A program made the position numbers and the translations under genes. From a virus, in IMG/VR virus record IMGVR_UViG_3300028392_000053, positions 1-64,000 of that record: 64,000 bases of DNA. One strand, written 5' to 3'. This document shows, in pieces, positions 56,821-64,000 of this stretch (position 1 is its first letter; every line of letters begins with the position of its first letter). The notes beneath the pieces were generated by a model. It searched no databases. It had not been told where the DNA came from and saw only the letters and a program-made list of their open reading frames with translations.

Positions 56821-57090
56821 ATGTCCCGATTGATAACCGAAACCGAAGCCTTGGAAATGTTTAATGAAATGCTGGACGATTGTGAGGGTCCGGTTGAACT
56901 CTGCGGAATGACCTATTCGGCATCCAACGTCCTGCGCGAAATTGATCCGGTAGCATACCGTTGCGGTTTTAATGATTATGTTGATTCCTTAACCGATGAT
57001 GACATTTTCGTGGAAGGACTCACCGAGTCCGAGGATGATGGTCAACCGGATGAAGCCCAAGAATGGGAGTCCTTTGATCCTGATTGTTGA
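56821..57090 (+). CDS. early acidic hypothetical protein
   Basis: Promoter plus RBS; DPVAYRCGF, DGQPDEAQEW..FDPDC. Confidence 0.7.
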   Translation: MSRLITETEALEMFNEMLDDCEGPVELCGMTYSASNVLREIDPVAYRCGFNDYVDSLTDDDIFVEGLTESEDDGQPDEAQEWESFDPDC

Positions 57091-57165
57091 CCAGTCCGGT
57101 CGAGTATTGGTTGCCAGACCATTCAAAATCTGGTATAATGGTTTTTTAAATTGAAAAGGTATATT

Positions 57166-57441
57166 ATGACAGTTAAGACAGACACCCAGGTGGCCTTGGT
57201 CGCCGCCCGTACGGCTTTGGCTCTAGCTAAGGTCTCCGTTAAGGAATTGGTCGAAGCCGTGAAGGTCGAAAAGGAAAAGGCTCTACAGGCTAAGGTGACC
57301 GCTAAGGAAGCAAAGCGCCAGACCGCTATCCGCAAGGCTCAAGCCACACTGGCTCGGCTCCTTGATAAAAACAATCCAGTAGGTGTGAAGGCTCGCAAAG
57401 CCGCACGGAAACCTGGTCCTGTGATTGTGACAAAAGGTTGA
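57166..57441 (+). CDS. early Lys/Ala-rich basic protein
   Basis: Promoter plus RBS. Confidence 0.6.
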   Translation: MTVKTDTQVALVAARTALALAKVSVKELVEAVKVEKEKALQAKVTAKEAKRQTAIRKAQATLARLLDKNNPVGVKARKAARKPGPVIVTKG

Positions 57442-57561
57442 CCAGTCCGGTCGAGTATTGGTTGCCAGAACCCGCAGGTTCTGGTATAATCGATACCATA
57501 TTCAAGAGCACCTCTCCCGGTGGTGTTTTTCAACATGGTATTGCAAATTGAAAGGAAAATT

Positions 57562-58446
57562 ATGATTGAAGTGAAATTCATTAATGGTAAATACGTTGCC
57601 AACATCAACGGCAAGGTGGTGAAGCGTGCCAATAAATCCCACATGGACTATGTGATCCGTAAAGCCACCGGTGGTGCATCCTCGCTGGCACCGTTGGCTC
57701 TCAAGGAGTCCCGTTTCACCATCAACCAGCGGTTCGGTTTTGTCTCGGACATGGTTTCCATGTTGGTGAAAGGTGACCAGTCCTCGGTGGTAGTGTCTGG
57801 TCCTGGTGGCCTCGGCAAGTCCCACACCGTCACCAAGGCACTGAATGATGCCGGCATGCGTGATGTTACTCTCCTCGATGAATTCGAGGTAGGTGGTAAA
57901 ATCAACACCTCAAAATCCTACCGCGTTATCAAGGGTTATTCTACACCTAAGGGCCTGTACCGTACACTGTATGAAAACAAGGACGGCGTGGTTGTGTTCG
58001 ATGATTGCGACTCGGTGCTAAAAGATCCGGTCTCCCTGAACCTGCTTAAAGGTGCTCTCGATTCCTACTCTCGCCGTGTTATCTCATGGCGTGCGGATAT
58101 GCGTGATGAGGAACTACCACAATCCTTTGAATTCAAGGGTCGCGTGGTGTTTATCTCCAATATCTCCTCTGATTCGATGGACCAAGCCATCATCACCCGT
58201 TCGATGGCGGTTGACCTGACAATGACAACCGAGCAAAAGGTCGAGCGTATGCGCCACCTGGTGTCCCTCCCAGAGTTTATGCCTGATTATTCAAAGACAG
58301 AAAAGTCCGAGGCTCTGGACCTGATTGACAACCTCCAAGATGAGGTGAAAGAACTTTCTCTCCGTACACTGATCCAGACTACCAAGATTCGTAAGTCTGC
58401 CGGTGCAAAGTGGAAAGACCTTGCAGAATATACCATCTGCGGTTAA
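57562..58446 (+). CDS. P-loop (AAA-type) ATPase
   Basis: GPGGLGKS Walker A, VFDDCD Walker B. Confidence 0.85.
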   Translation: MIEVKFINGKYVANINGKVVKRANKSHMDYVIRKATGGASSLAPLALKESRFTINQRFGFVSDMVSMLVKGDQSSVVVSGPGGLGKSHTVTKALNDAGMRDVTLLDEFEVGGKINTSKSYRVIKGYSTPKGLYRTLYENKDGVVVFDDCDSVLKDPVSLNLLKGALDSYSRRVISWRADMRDEELPQSFEFKGRVVFISNISSDSMDQAIITRSMAVDLTMTTEQKVERMRHLVSLPEFMPDYSKTEKSEALDLIDNLQDEVKELSLRTLIQTTKIRKSAGAKWKDLAEYTICG

Positions 58447-58565
58447 TAGGAGAAAATTATGGACATTCGTTGGACTTATATGATTAATTGGTTAAAGGAC
58501 CGCACCCACGTTCTGCCGGTCATTCCAGTTAAACGCACTCACATATACAAAATAAAGGTGAAATA

Positions 58566-58748
58566 ATGAGAACAAAATCCAATGAGATGGCATCGACCAT
58601 TTCCCACTCTGAGGATTGCATCCTCGAGGTGCAACACCGGCTGGAAAAACAAAACAATCCACACAATGAAAACCTGCTGGCAGCCATCCAACAGGCGCTG
58701 GACATCCTTGCTGACGTTTATTATGACCTAAGGGAAGACAATGAGTAA
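58566..58748 (+). CDS. hypothetical protein
   Basis: AAGGTG RBS. Confidence 0.5.
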   Translation: MRTKSNEMASTISHSEDCILEVQHRLEKQNNPHNENLLAAIQQALDILADVYYDLREDNE

Positions 58749-58962
58749 ATTTAAAAACCTGATAATCGATGTTGAATCCTGCATTACCAATGGCGATGCA
58801 TTCGAGGACATTATTGCATTCGTGAGACACACCACTGGTTGTGATGAAAAGACAGCCACCGACCTGGTGTTCCAGGTGGAGGGTCAACTATGCACTGAGG
58901 AAGAACAGGACTATTGGATAACAGGAGAACCTATTCCGAATGAAAATGAATTGATGTTGTAA
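58741..58962 (+). CDS. hypothetical protein
   Basis: MSKFKNL start, overlaps previous ORF. Confidence 0.55.
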   Translation: MSKFKNLIIDVESCITNGDAFEDIIAFVRHTTGCDEKTATDLVFQVEGQLCTEEEQDYWITGEPIPNENELML

Positions 58963-59370
58963 AGAAACAACAGTGAGTCACCAGGTGGTTGCCAGGTGGC
59001 TTTTTTTGAGTTATAATAGATGCATGGTTCGAACAGCACACTGGGGATGGACGTGGCGGCTGCCTGATGGATTAATCCAGTCTAATCCAGTGCATATTCC
59101 AGTATACCACTGCGGTGCTCTGAATGGTACTCTACCAGACCATCACCGGACACGCTGGAACGTGCTGTGGTCGTGCTGTGGTACCACTGTGGTACTCTGA
59201 GGCTCGCTGAGAATATTTCAGGGCTTGGCAGCCAGACACTAAGTCCCACTGGTACTTACACACCAACGACACACCGCGACACAGCCAGCGACATATGCAG
59301 TATAATGCATGTCGCATCCGTTACATATGCGCTATAATGCATACTGGTTTCCCAAACACATTCCAAAAAG

Positions 59371-59402
59371 ATATCCACAACTTATCCACAGCTTTATCCA
59401 CA
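59371..59402 (+). promoter_or_regulatory. three tandem DnaA boxes
   Basis: ATATCCACA 59371, TTATCCACA 59382, TTATCCACA 59394. Confidence 0.7.
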
Positions 59403-59478
59403 GATTTTTTTGTTGTTTTTTCACAACAAACGCAAATATTCCATTGCCATTCCTACCAGTACCGCTATAATACTCTAC

Positions 59479-59685
59479 ATGATGAAACAAAACTTCTTCC
59501 CTACTCTCAATTCTGCTCTCGAATCTGAGGGACTGCTGGAATCTTGGGCACTTAATTTCCCTCCACTTTCTTATGATTCCACGTACTCTTACACTTTTGA
59601 TGATGGTTCAAAGCATGGTCATTATGTCTCTCTTTATCGTGATTCTGGAGGTCGTTATGAACGTCCGGTTCACTATAAGCGGTAA
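59479..59685 (+). CDS. hypothetical protein
   Basis: After promoter; YRD..GRYERPVHY. Confidence 0.6.
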   Translation: MMKQNFFPTLNSALESEGLLESWALNFPPLSYDSTYSYTFDDGSKHGHYVSLYRDSGGRYERPVHYKR

Positions 59686-59784
59686 GGTGAATACTTGACC
59701 GGAGAAATGGATTACTTTTCTCTTACTTGCCATTCTTCTTTGGAACCTGTATAATAGACTCTATTGATTGATAAGGAACTCTCT

Positions 59785-59970
59785 ATGAAAATTACTACTG
59801 CTATCTCCATTCTCGAAAAAGAACGGAACTTTCTTGGTCTCGGTTTTCTTGAAGTCCTACAGGACATCCAGAAACATGGGAAAATGGTTTATTCTGAAAA
59901 GACTATGGTTGCATTCCATGTTTTTATGAACGAAGGTGCTAAACTCTTTGCTACGGTGGAGGAAGAATAA
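59785..59970 (+). CDS. hypothetical protein
   Basis: Promoter plus AAGGA RBS. Confidence 0.55.
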   Translation: MKITTAISILEKERNFLGLGFLEVLQDIQKHGKMVYSEKTMVAFHVFMNEGAKLFATVEEE

Positions 59971-60191
59971 TGTTTTTCAATATCTTTCGTTTTTATTCTC
60001 GGTCGAATACTTCCGCAGTATTCACTAACATACCTATTCATTTATTAAATGAGTTTCGCTCCGTATATCCAGGGAAATACAAGGTTCGGTATCGTGGACC
60101 TAGGGCACATCGGAAAAATGAATTTCCAAATAATCGTGCATCATATTGTCTGATGAAGGACGCAAAAACTTTCTCCGCTTATACCTATTGA
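59970..60191 (+). CDS. hypothetical protein
   Basis: RYRGPR motif; TAATG overlap. Confidence 0.55.
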   Translation: MFFNIFRFYSRSNTSAVFTNIPIHLLNEFRSVYPGKYKVRYRGPRAHRKNEFPNNRASYCLMKDAKTFSAYTY

Positions 60192-60590
60192 TGGAAGTAT
60201 ATAAAATGAACGAACTCGAAACACTTCAGGCACGTGCAAAGTCTATTTTAGAATCCCAAGCACATTGGAAAAGCTGCCAAGATGGCTCTTATGAAATGGC
60301 TCTCCATAATTTGGGCTATTCTGAAATATTAGAAAAAATTAAGGAATTATCAAATGAAAGATTATAAAGAATATTTTGATTATCTCGTTGCACTACGGGA
60401 TTCCGGTGAAACCAATATGTGGGGTGCGGCTCCGTACATCCAACGGGAATTCGGTGTTACATACCAAGAAGCTAAGGAAATCCTGCTGGCATGGATCAAA
60501 TCATTCGAGAAATGAATACTTCCAGTCCACTTGCCAAGCACCAAGAAATCTGGTATAATACACACACAAACAAACTTTAAAGGAAATATT

Positions 60591-61001
60591 ATGGGCACTC
60601 GTTCACTCACTTTTGTTTACACCGACCACTATGGCTCTGAGACTGGTCCTGAACCAATCGTCAATATGTACCGTCAGTTTGATGGCTACCCCTCTGGTCA
60701 TGGGCTTGAACTCTCCGAATTCTTAAATTCGTTTGAAGCCATTACCAATGGCATTCCCTTTGGTGATACACGGAAACTGGCAAACGGAATGGGATGCTTG
60801 GCTGCCCAACTCATTGCACATTTTAAACAGTCTGTCGGTGGCTTTTACATCTACCCTGTGACCTCCAAAGATTGTGGTCAAGATTATGAATACCATGTTT
60901 ACTCTGACCGTATCACCGTTTATGGCTACGATAAAGAACACCTGTTCACTGGTCCATGGTCCGCTTTTACTGAATTTTGTACTGAAAAGGAGAATGCATA
61001 A
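60591..61001 (+). CDS. conserved phage early protein
   Basis: MGTRS...YRQFDGYP.GHG, NGMGCLAAQL. Confidence 0.75.
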   Translation: MGTRSLTFVYTDHYGSETGPEPIVNMYRQFDGYPSGHGLELSEFLNSFEAITNGIPFGDTRKLANGMGCLAAQLIAHFKQSVGGFYIYPVTSKDCGQDYEYHVYSDRITVYGYDKEHLFTGPWSAFTEFCTEKENA

Positions 61002-61231
61002 TGCCGTACGTAAACACCTATATTGAAGTTGATGATGTTCTTGATGAACTCTCTGATGATGAACTTATCGATGAATTGAAACGCCGTGGAAAAGATTACA
61101 ATACACAGTTTGTCGATGGTGATGAAATGCGTATGGTTCTCCAAACTCTCTATGAAAAACGTAGGATTGGTAAGGATTATCAATCCGAACTGGACCAATT
61201 GATTTACGGAATTCTGGGTAAAATTGTATGA
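61001..61231 (+). CDS. hypothetical protein
   Basis: DDELIDELKRRG. Confidence 0.6.
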   Translation: MPYVNTYIEVDDVLDELSDDELIDELKRRGKDYNTQFVDGDEMRMVLQTLYEKRRIGKDYQSELDQLIYGILGKIV

Positions 61232-61458
61232 ACGAACGACTTAAAAAATTGATGGGTCTAACCCTAGATGAGAAATTCTCTGGCACATGGTCAAGAATGG
61301 ATATGCAAGACTTGGAAAAGTTTGCTGACGGATTTGCTGACTTGATTATTCGGGAATGTATGGATATTGCATGGCGGCATACGCCTGACACAGAAGAATG
61401 TGAATATTCTTGGTTAATTCACGATAAGATTAAACAATATTTCGGAGTTAAAGAATGA
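61228..61458 (+). CDS. MNERI-family paralog 1
   Basis: MNERL...FADLIIREC...YFGVKE. Confidence 0.7.
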   Translation: MNERLKKLMGLTLDEKFSGTWSRMDMQDLEKFADGFADLIIRECMDIAWRHTPDTEECEYSWLIHDKIKQYFGVKE

Positions 61459-61877
61459 TTGAAGATGATGAATTTGAAGATGGCACTTTTACAATTAAGT
61501 ATGCCAATGTAATAAAGCAGAAAGATTTTCTACCGCTTACCCGCACACTTGCTATGGACCTGTCGGAGACTGGTTATATGCGACCAGGTGATTTTCTAAA
61601 GTCACTCACTGATGGTGATGTATCGGCTCTCCTTACGATTGCTGACAATGACGAAAACCCACGCCTTGAAGAAATTCTACTGATTGCTGAAATGTTGGCT
61701 ACCGGTGAAGGCCTTGAACAATCAAAAAATGCCGATGAAATTACACTCCGAATGAATACATTCTGTGGTTTCCTTGCTATTGAAGGACTCAAGCGGAAAG
61801 GTATAGTGAAGGTTTACTATGATAATATGTCATTTGGTGAAGATTTTGGAAATAAAATTATTGTTGAAAAACTATGA
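61455..61877 (+). CDS. hypothetical protein
   Basis: ATGA overlap. Confidence 0.65.
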   Translation: MIEDDEFEDGTFTIKYANVIKQKDFLPLTRTLAMDLSETGYMRPGDFLKSLTDGDVSALLTIADNDENPRLEEILLIAEMLATGEGLEQSKNADEITLRMNTFCGFLAIEGLKRKGIVKVYYDNMSFGEDFGNKIIVEKL

Positions 61878-62104
61878 CACTCCCTATAGAACGAACAAAT
61901 GCGGTGACTAGGACTCAAAAGTTCCTATATGACCTACTTGATCCAAAGAAAACTCCACGTGTACCACTCTCTGTTCGGAAAGATGCAAGGTCATTACTCC
62001 GTCACTACCCATCCGAATTTGAAATGAATATGATTGCAGACCGTGAAGATACTGAAGGTAATAATGGTATCTCATATAAAGTTTTTGGAAAAGGATACGA
62101 ATAA
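61874..62104 (+). CDS. BPSL0761-like protein
   Basis: MTLP.ER..AV...FL..L...PRVP..VR..A..LLRHYP. Confidence 0.7.
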   Translation: MTLPIERTNAVTRTQKFLYDLLDPKKTPRVPLSVRKDARSLLRHYPSEFEMNMIADREDTEGNNGISYKVFGKGYE

Positions 62105-62267
62105 TGTATTGGGCTATTCTAGTAATTTCCACAATGACAACATCAGTTATTGCATATGTTGGACATTTTGAAAAAGAATCTGATTGTAACAAGGCTGTGA
62201 TTGAATTGAAAACACAAAATTTGCCTTATTCAACTAAAATTGCATGTGTGCAGATGGAAGCTAAAAA

Positions 62268-62513
62268 GTGAACGAACGAATTAAACAACTTGCTCTACAG
62301 GCTGGATGGGATTTGTGGGAAGGTAGAGCACAAGCGGATATGACTGGCTGTGAGACCGAATTACAAAAGTTCGCCGAGTTGATTGTGGCAGAATGTTTGA
62401 AAATTGCTAAAAACAGAGAAGACGAGTTTGAAAGTGCCGGCTTCCTCGAAGAATCAAATGCAGTAGGCAATGTGGCATATCAAATTTCACGACAATTTGG
62501 AGTTGAACGATGA
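62268..62513 (+). CDS. MNERI-family paralog 2
   Basis: KFAELIVAEC...FGVE. Confidence 0.7.
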   Translation: MNERIKQLALQAGWDLWEGRAQADMTGCETELQKFAELIVAECLKIAKNREDEFESAGFLEESNAVGNVAYQISRQFGVER

Positions 62514-62719
62514 ACGAACGAATTAAAGAACTTGCTGAACATGCAAACTACTTGGCGACAGAGAAAGAATTTCCATATGATGAGGATTGGTTTTATCTCT
62601 ATAACAAAAAGTTCGCCGAGTTGATTGTTAGGGAATGTGCTAACATTGGTGAACGATATGCCGACGGCAACTACGAAGTTTATAATCAGATTTTAGCACA
62701 TTTTGGAATTGAGGAATGA
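62510..62719 (+). CDS. MNERI-family paralog 3
   Basis: KFAELIVREC...HFGIEE. Confidence 0.7.
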   Translation: MNERIKELAEHANYLATEKEFPYDEDWFYLYNKKFAELIVRECANIGERYADGNYEVYNQILAHFGIEE

Positions 62720-62985
62720 ACGAACGAATTAAAGAATTGATGAACAAGGCTACAACTATTGAAGAACATGGTTGGGGTGCCAGTTATGAAAATTTTGATA
62801 GACTTAAGTTCGCCGAGTTGATTGTTAGGGAATGTGCTAAAATTTGTATTGAACAGAATGTATCTAATCTTGATTTGGATGTTATTCGTGAGTCTGGCAA
62901 ATTTACTTTACAGGATCTTGCCACTAAATCGTGTGGTGAGAATTTGTCTAAACAGATTAAGAAACATTTCGGAGTTGAAGAATGA
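62716..62985 (+). CDS. MNERI-family paralog 4
   Basis: KFAELIVREC...HFGVEE. Confidence 0.7.
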   Translation: MNERIKELMNKATTIEEHGWGASYENFDRLKFAELIVRECAKICIEQNVSNLDLDVIRESGKFTLQDLATKSCGENLSKQIKKHFGVEE

Positions 62986-63200
62986 ACATGCCCGTCATAC
63001 CTGACCATGTATTCAAGATGTGGAATGATCCTAGATTTGAAATTCTAGCAGAGGTCGATAAACTATTGAATGGCAGCCGTATATGGGCCGGCCAGGATTG
63101 GACTTATAATCCAATTCATCCTGTCAAGTATATGCCCGTGGCTAATAAGATTCGCAAGGCATTGGATGAACTCCATAAAGAATATGGAATTGAAGAATGA
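62982..63200 (+). CDS. hypothetical protein
   Basis: ATGA overlap; ends GIEE like the paralog family. Confidence 0.6.
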   Translation: MNMPVIPDHVFKMWNDPRFEILAEVDKLLNGSRIWAGQDWTYNPIHPVKYMPVANKIRKALDELHKEYGIEE

Positions 63201-63631
63201 GATTTTTTCTTGATACTGAATTCAATGGATTTGGTGGTAAACTTATATCGATGGCTTTGGTGCCAGAGAATGATACGTTTCCCGAATTCTATAAAGAACT
63301 GGAGATGAATGACCAGTTAGAACCATGGGTGCGTGATAATGTGGTGCCTCACCTTTTTCAGCCTCCATGCACACACCATGAATTCCAGCAAAGCCTTGCT
63401 AACTATTTGTGGAATAATAAAGAAGAAACAATCATTATTGCAGACTGGCCTGATGACATTCGATATTTTTGTGATTCACTCATTACAGGTCCAGGTATGA
63501 TGTTGAGTCTAATGTTCAATATTAAATTTGAACTCGACTTTGGTATTGAATACGAATCATTGGTGCCACATAATGCACTTTTTGATGCTAGAGCGATTCG
63601 TGATTTCTATATGAAAAGAGAAAATAAATGA
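63197..63631 (+). CDS. DEDDh 3'-5' exonuclease (Rv2179c-like)
   Basis: FLDTEF, LIS, HNALFDAR. Confidence 0.8.
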   Translation: MRFFLDTEFNGFGGKLISMALVPENDTFPEFYKELEMNDQLEPWVRDNVVPHLFQPPCTHHEFQQSLANYLWNNKEETIIIADWPDDIRYFCDSLITGPGMMLSLMFNIKFELDFGIEYESLVPHNALFDARAIRDFYMKRENK

Positions 63632-63969
63632 GCCTCGATGTTGATTTGATGATAGTGCAACCCACTTCCGTTTACTCCGACAATATTACACATAATCTAG
63701 GTAAAATGGCCGGAGAAGTTAAACTCTCAAATGGCCTGACCCTGTATGATGTGCTGTGGAGACCGGATGAGCACTCCTTGAAGTTTGCGAAAGATATATC
63801 CGAACTTCTGGATGAAGGATGGAATATTCTGCTATCAGACCCAAAACACTTTATGACATTCAATCCAGATAATGGATGGGGTTCATATGAGGGACTGGAG
63901 AAATTCGTATACAAGTATCGTAATGCATGTTGGGATAATCCTGATGCTGAACTGAGTATATCAAGATGA
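63628..63969 (+). CDS. conserved phage hypothetical protein
   Basis: MSLDV, NITHNL, NP.NGWGSYE. Confidence 0.7.
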   Translation: MSLDVDLMIVQPTSVYSDNITHNLGKMAGEVKLSNGLTLYDVLWRPDEHSLKFAKDISELLDEGWNILLSDPKHFMTFNPDNGWGSYEGLEKFVYKYRNACWDNPDAELSISR

Positions 63970-64000
63970 ACAAAAAACCTAATCTGTACATGATGATTGG

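Larger units (their letters stand above)
54947..60559. repeat. repeated early-promoter cassettes (TTGCCA...TATAAT) in divergent orientation
   Basis: Plus-strand copies at 56221, 56497, 56761, 57111, 57462, 58989, 59444, 59727, 60532; minus-strand at 56053 and 54975; 33-bp identity 57086-57118 vs 57437-57469. Confidence 0.8.

Noticed and set aside
58973-59528. ORFs 58973-59200, 59132-59317 and 59295-59528
   Set aside because: No RBS, atypical composition, and they overlap promoters and DnaA boxes; treated as non-coding.
1-64000. Alternative genetic code or suppressor tRNAs
   Set aside because: Core genes are full length in the standard code, and no CTA/TTA/TCA-anticodon tRNA was seen.

Overview
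This window is a 64 kb segment of a large T4-like (myovirus-type) bacteriophage genome, coded almost entirely on the + strand. 1-8.0 kb is a dense RNA island: about 27 CCA-encoded tRNAs interleaved with many structured non-tRNA RNAs, two HNH genes, a YkuK/RNase H-like gene, groES and a DUF2828-type vWA gene that resembles Ro60/TROVE. 8.5-12.8 kb encodes secreted or membrane proteins. 13.8-19.1 kb is the T4 replication core (gp43, uvsX, gp40-like, gp41). 20.2-26.5 kb is a glycosylation cluster. 26.5-33.9 kb holds late or virion-associated proteins. 34.5-37.3 kb is a lysis cassette (spanin pair, GH19 endolysin). 37.4-49 kb covers primase, thyX, nrdA (frameshifted), nrdB, thioredoxin and rnh. 50-64 kb is an early region with repeated promoter cassettes, a divergent promoter point, tandem DnaA boxes and a paralog family. 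The main candidate for a new system is a family of six ncRNAs in the tRNA island. They share a co-varying 7-bp closing stem and an RUUCNGCAA motif, but carry different tRNA-derived payloads: isolated Lys or Ser anticodon arms, YrlA-like T/D-arm domains, and one circularly permuted CCA-ended form. Three of them lie directly upstream of the DUF2828/vWA gene, suggesting a Ro60/Y-RNA-like ribonucleoprotein that presents tRNA mimics. All family assignments come from motif recognition by eye; no searches were run.
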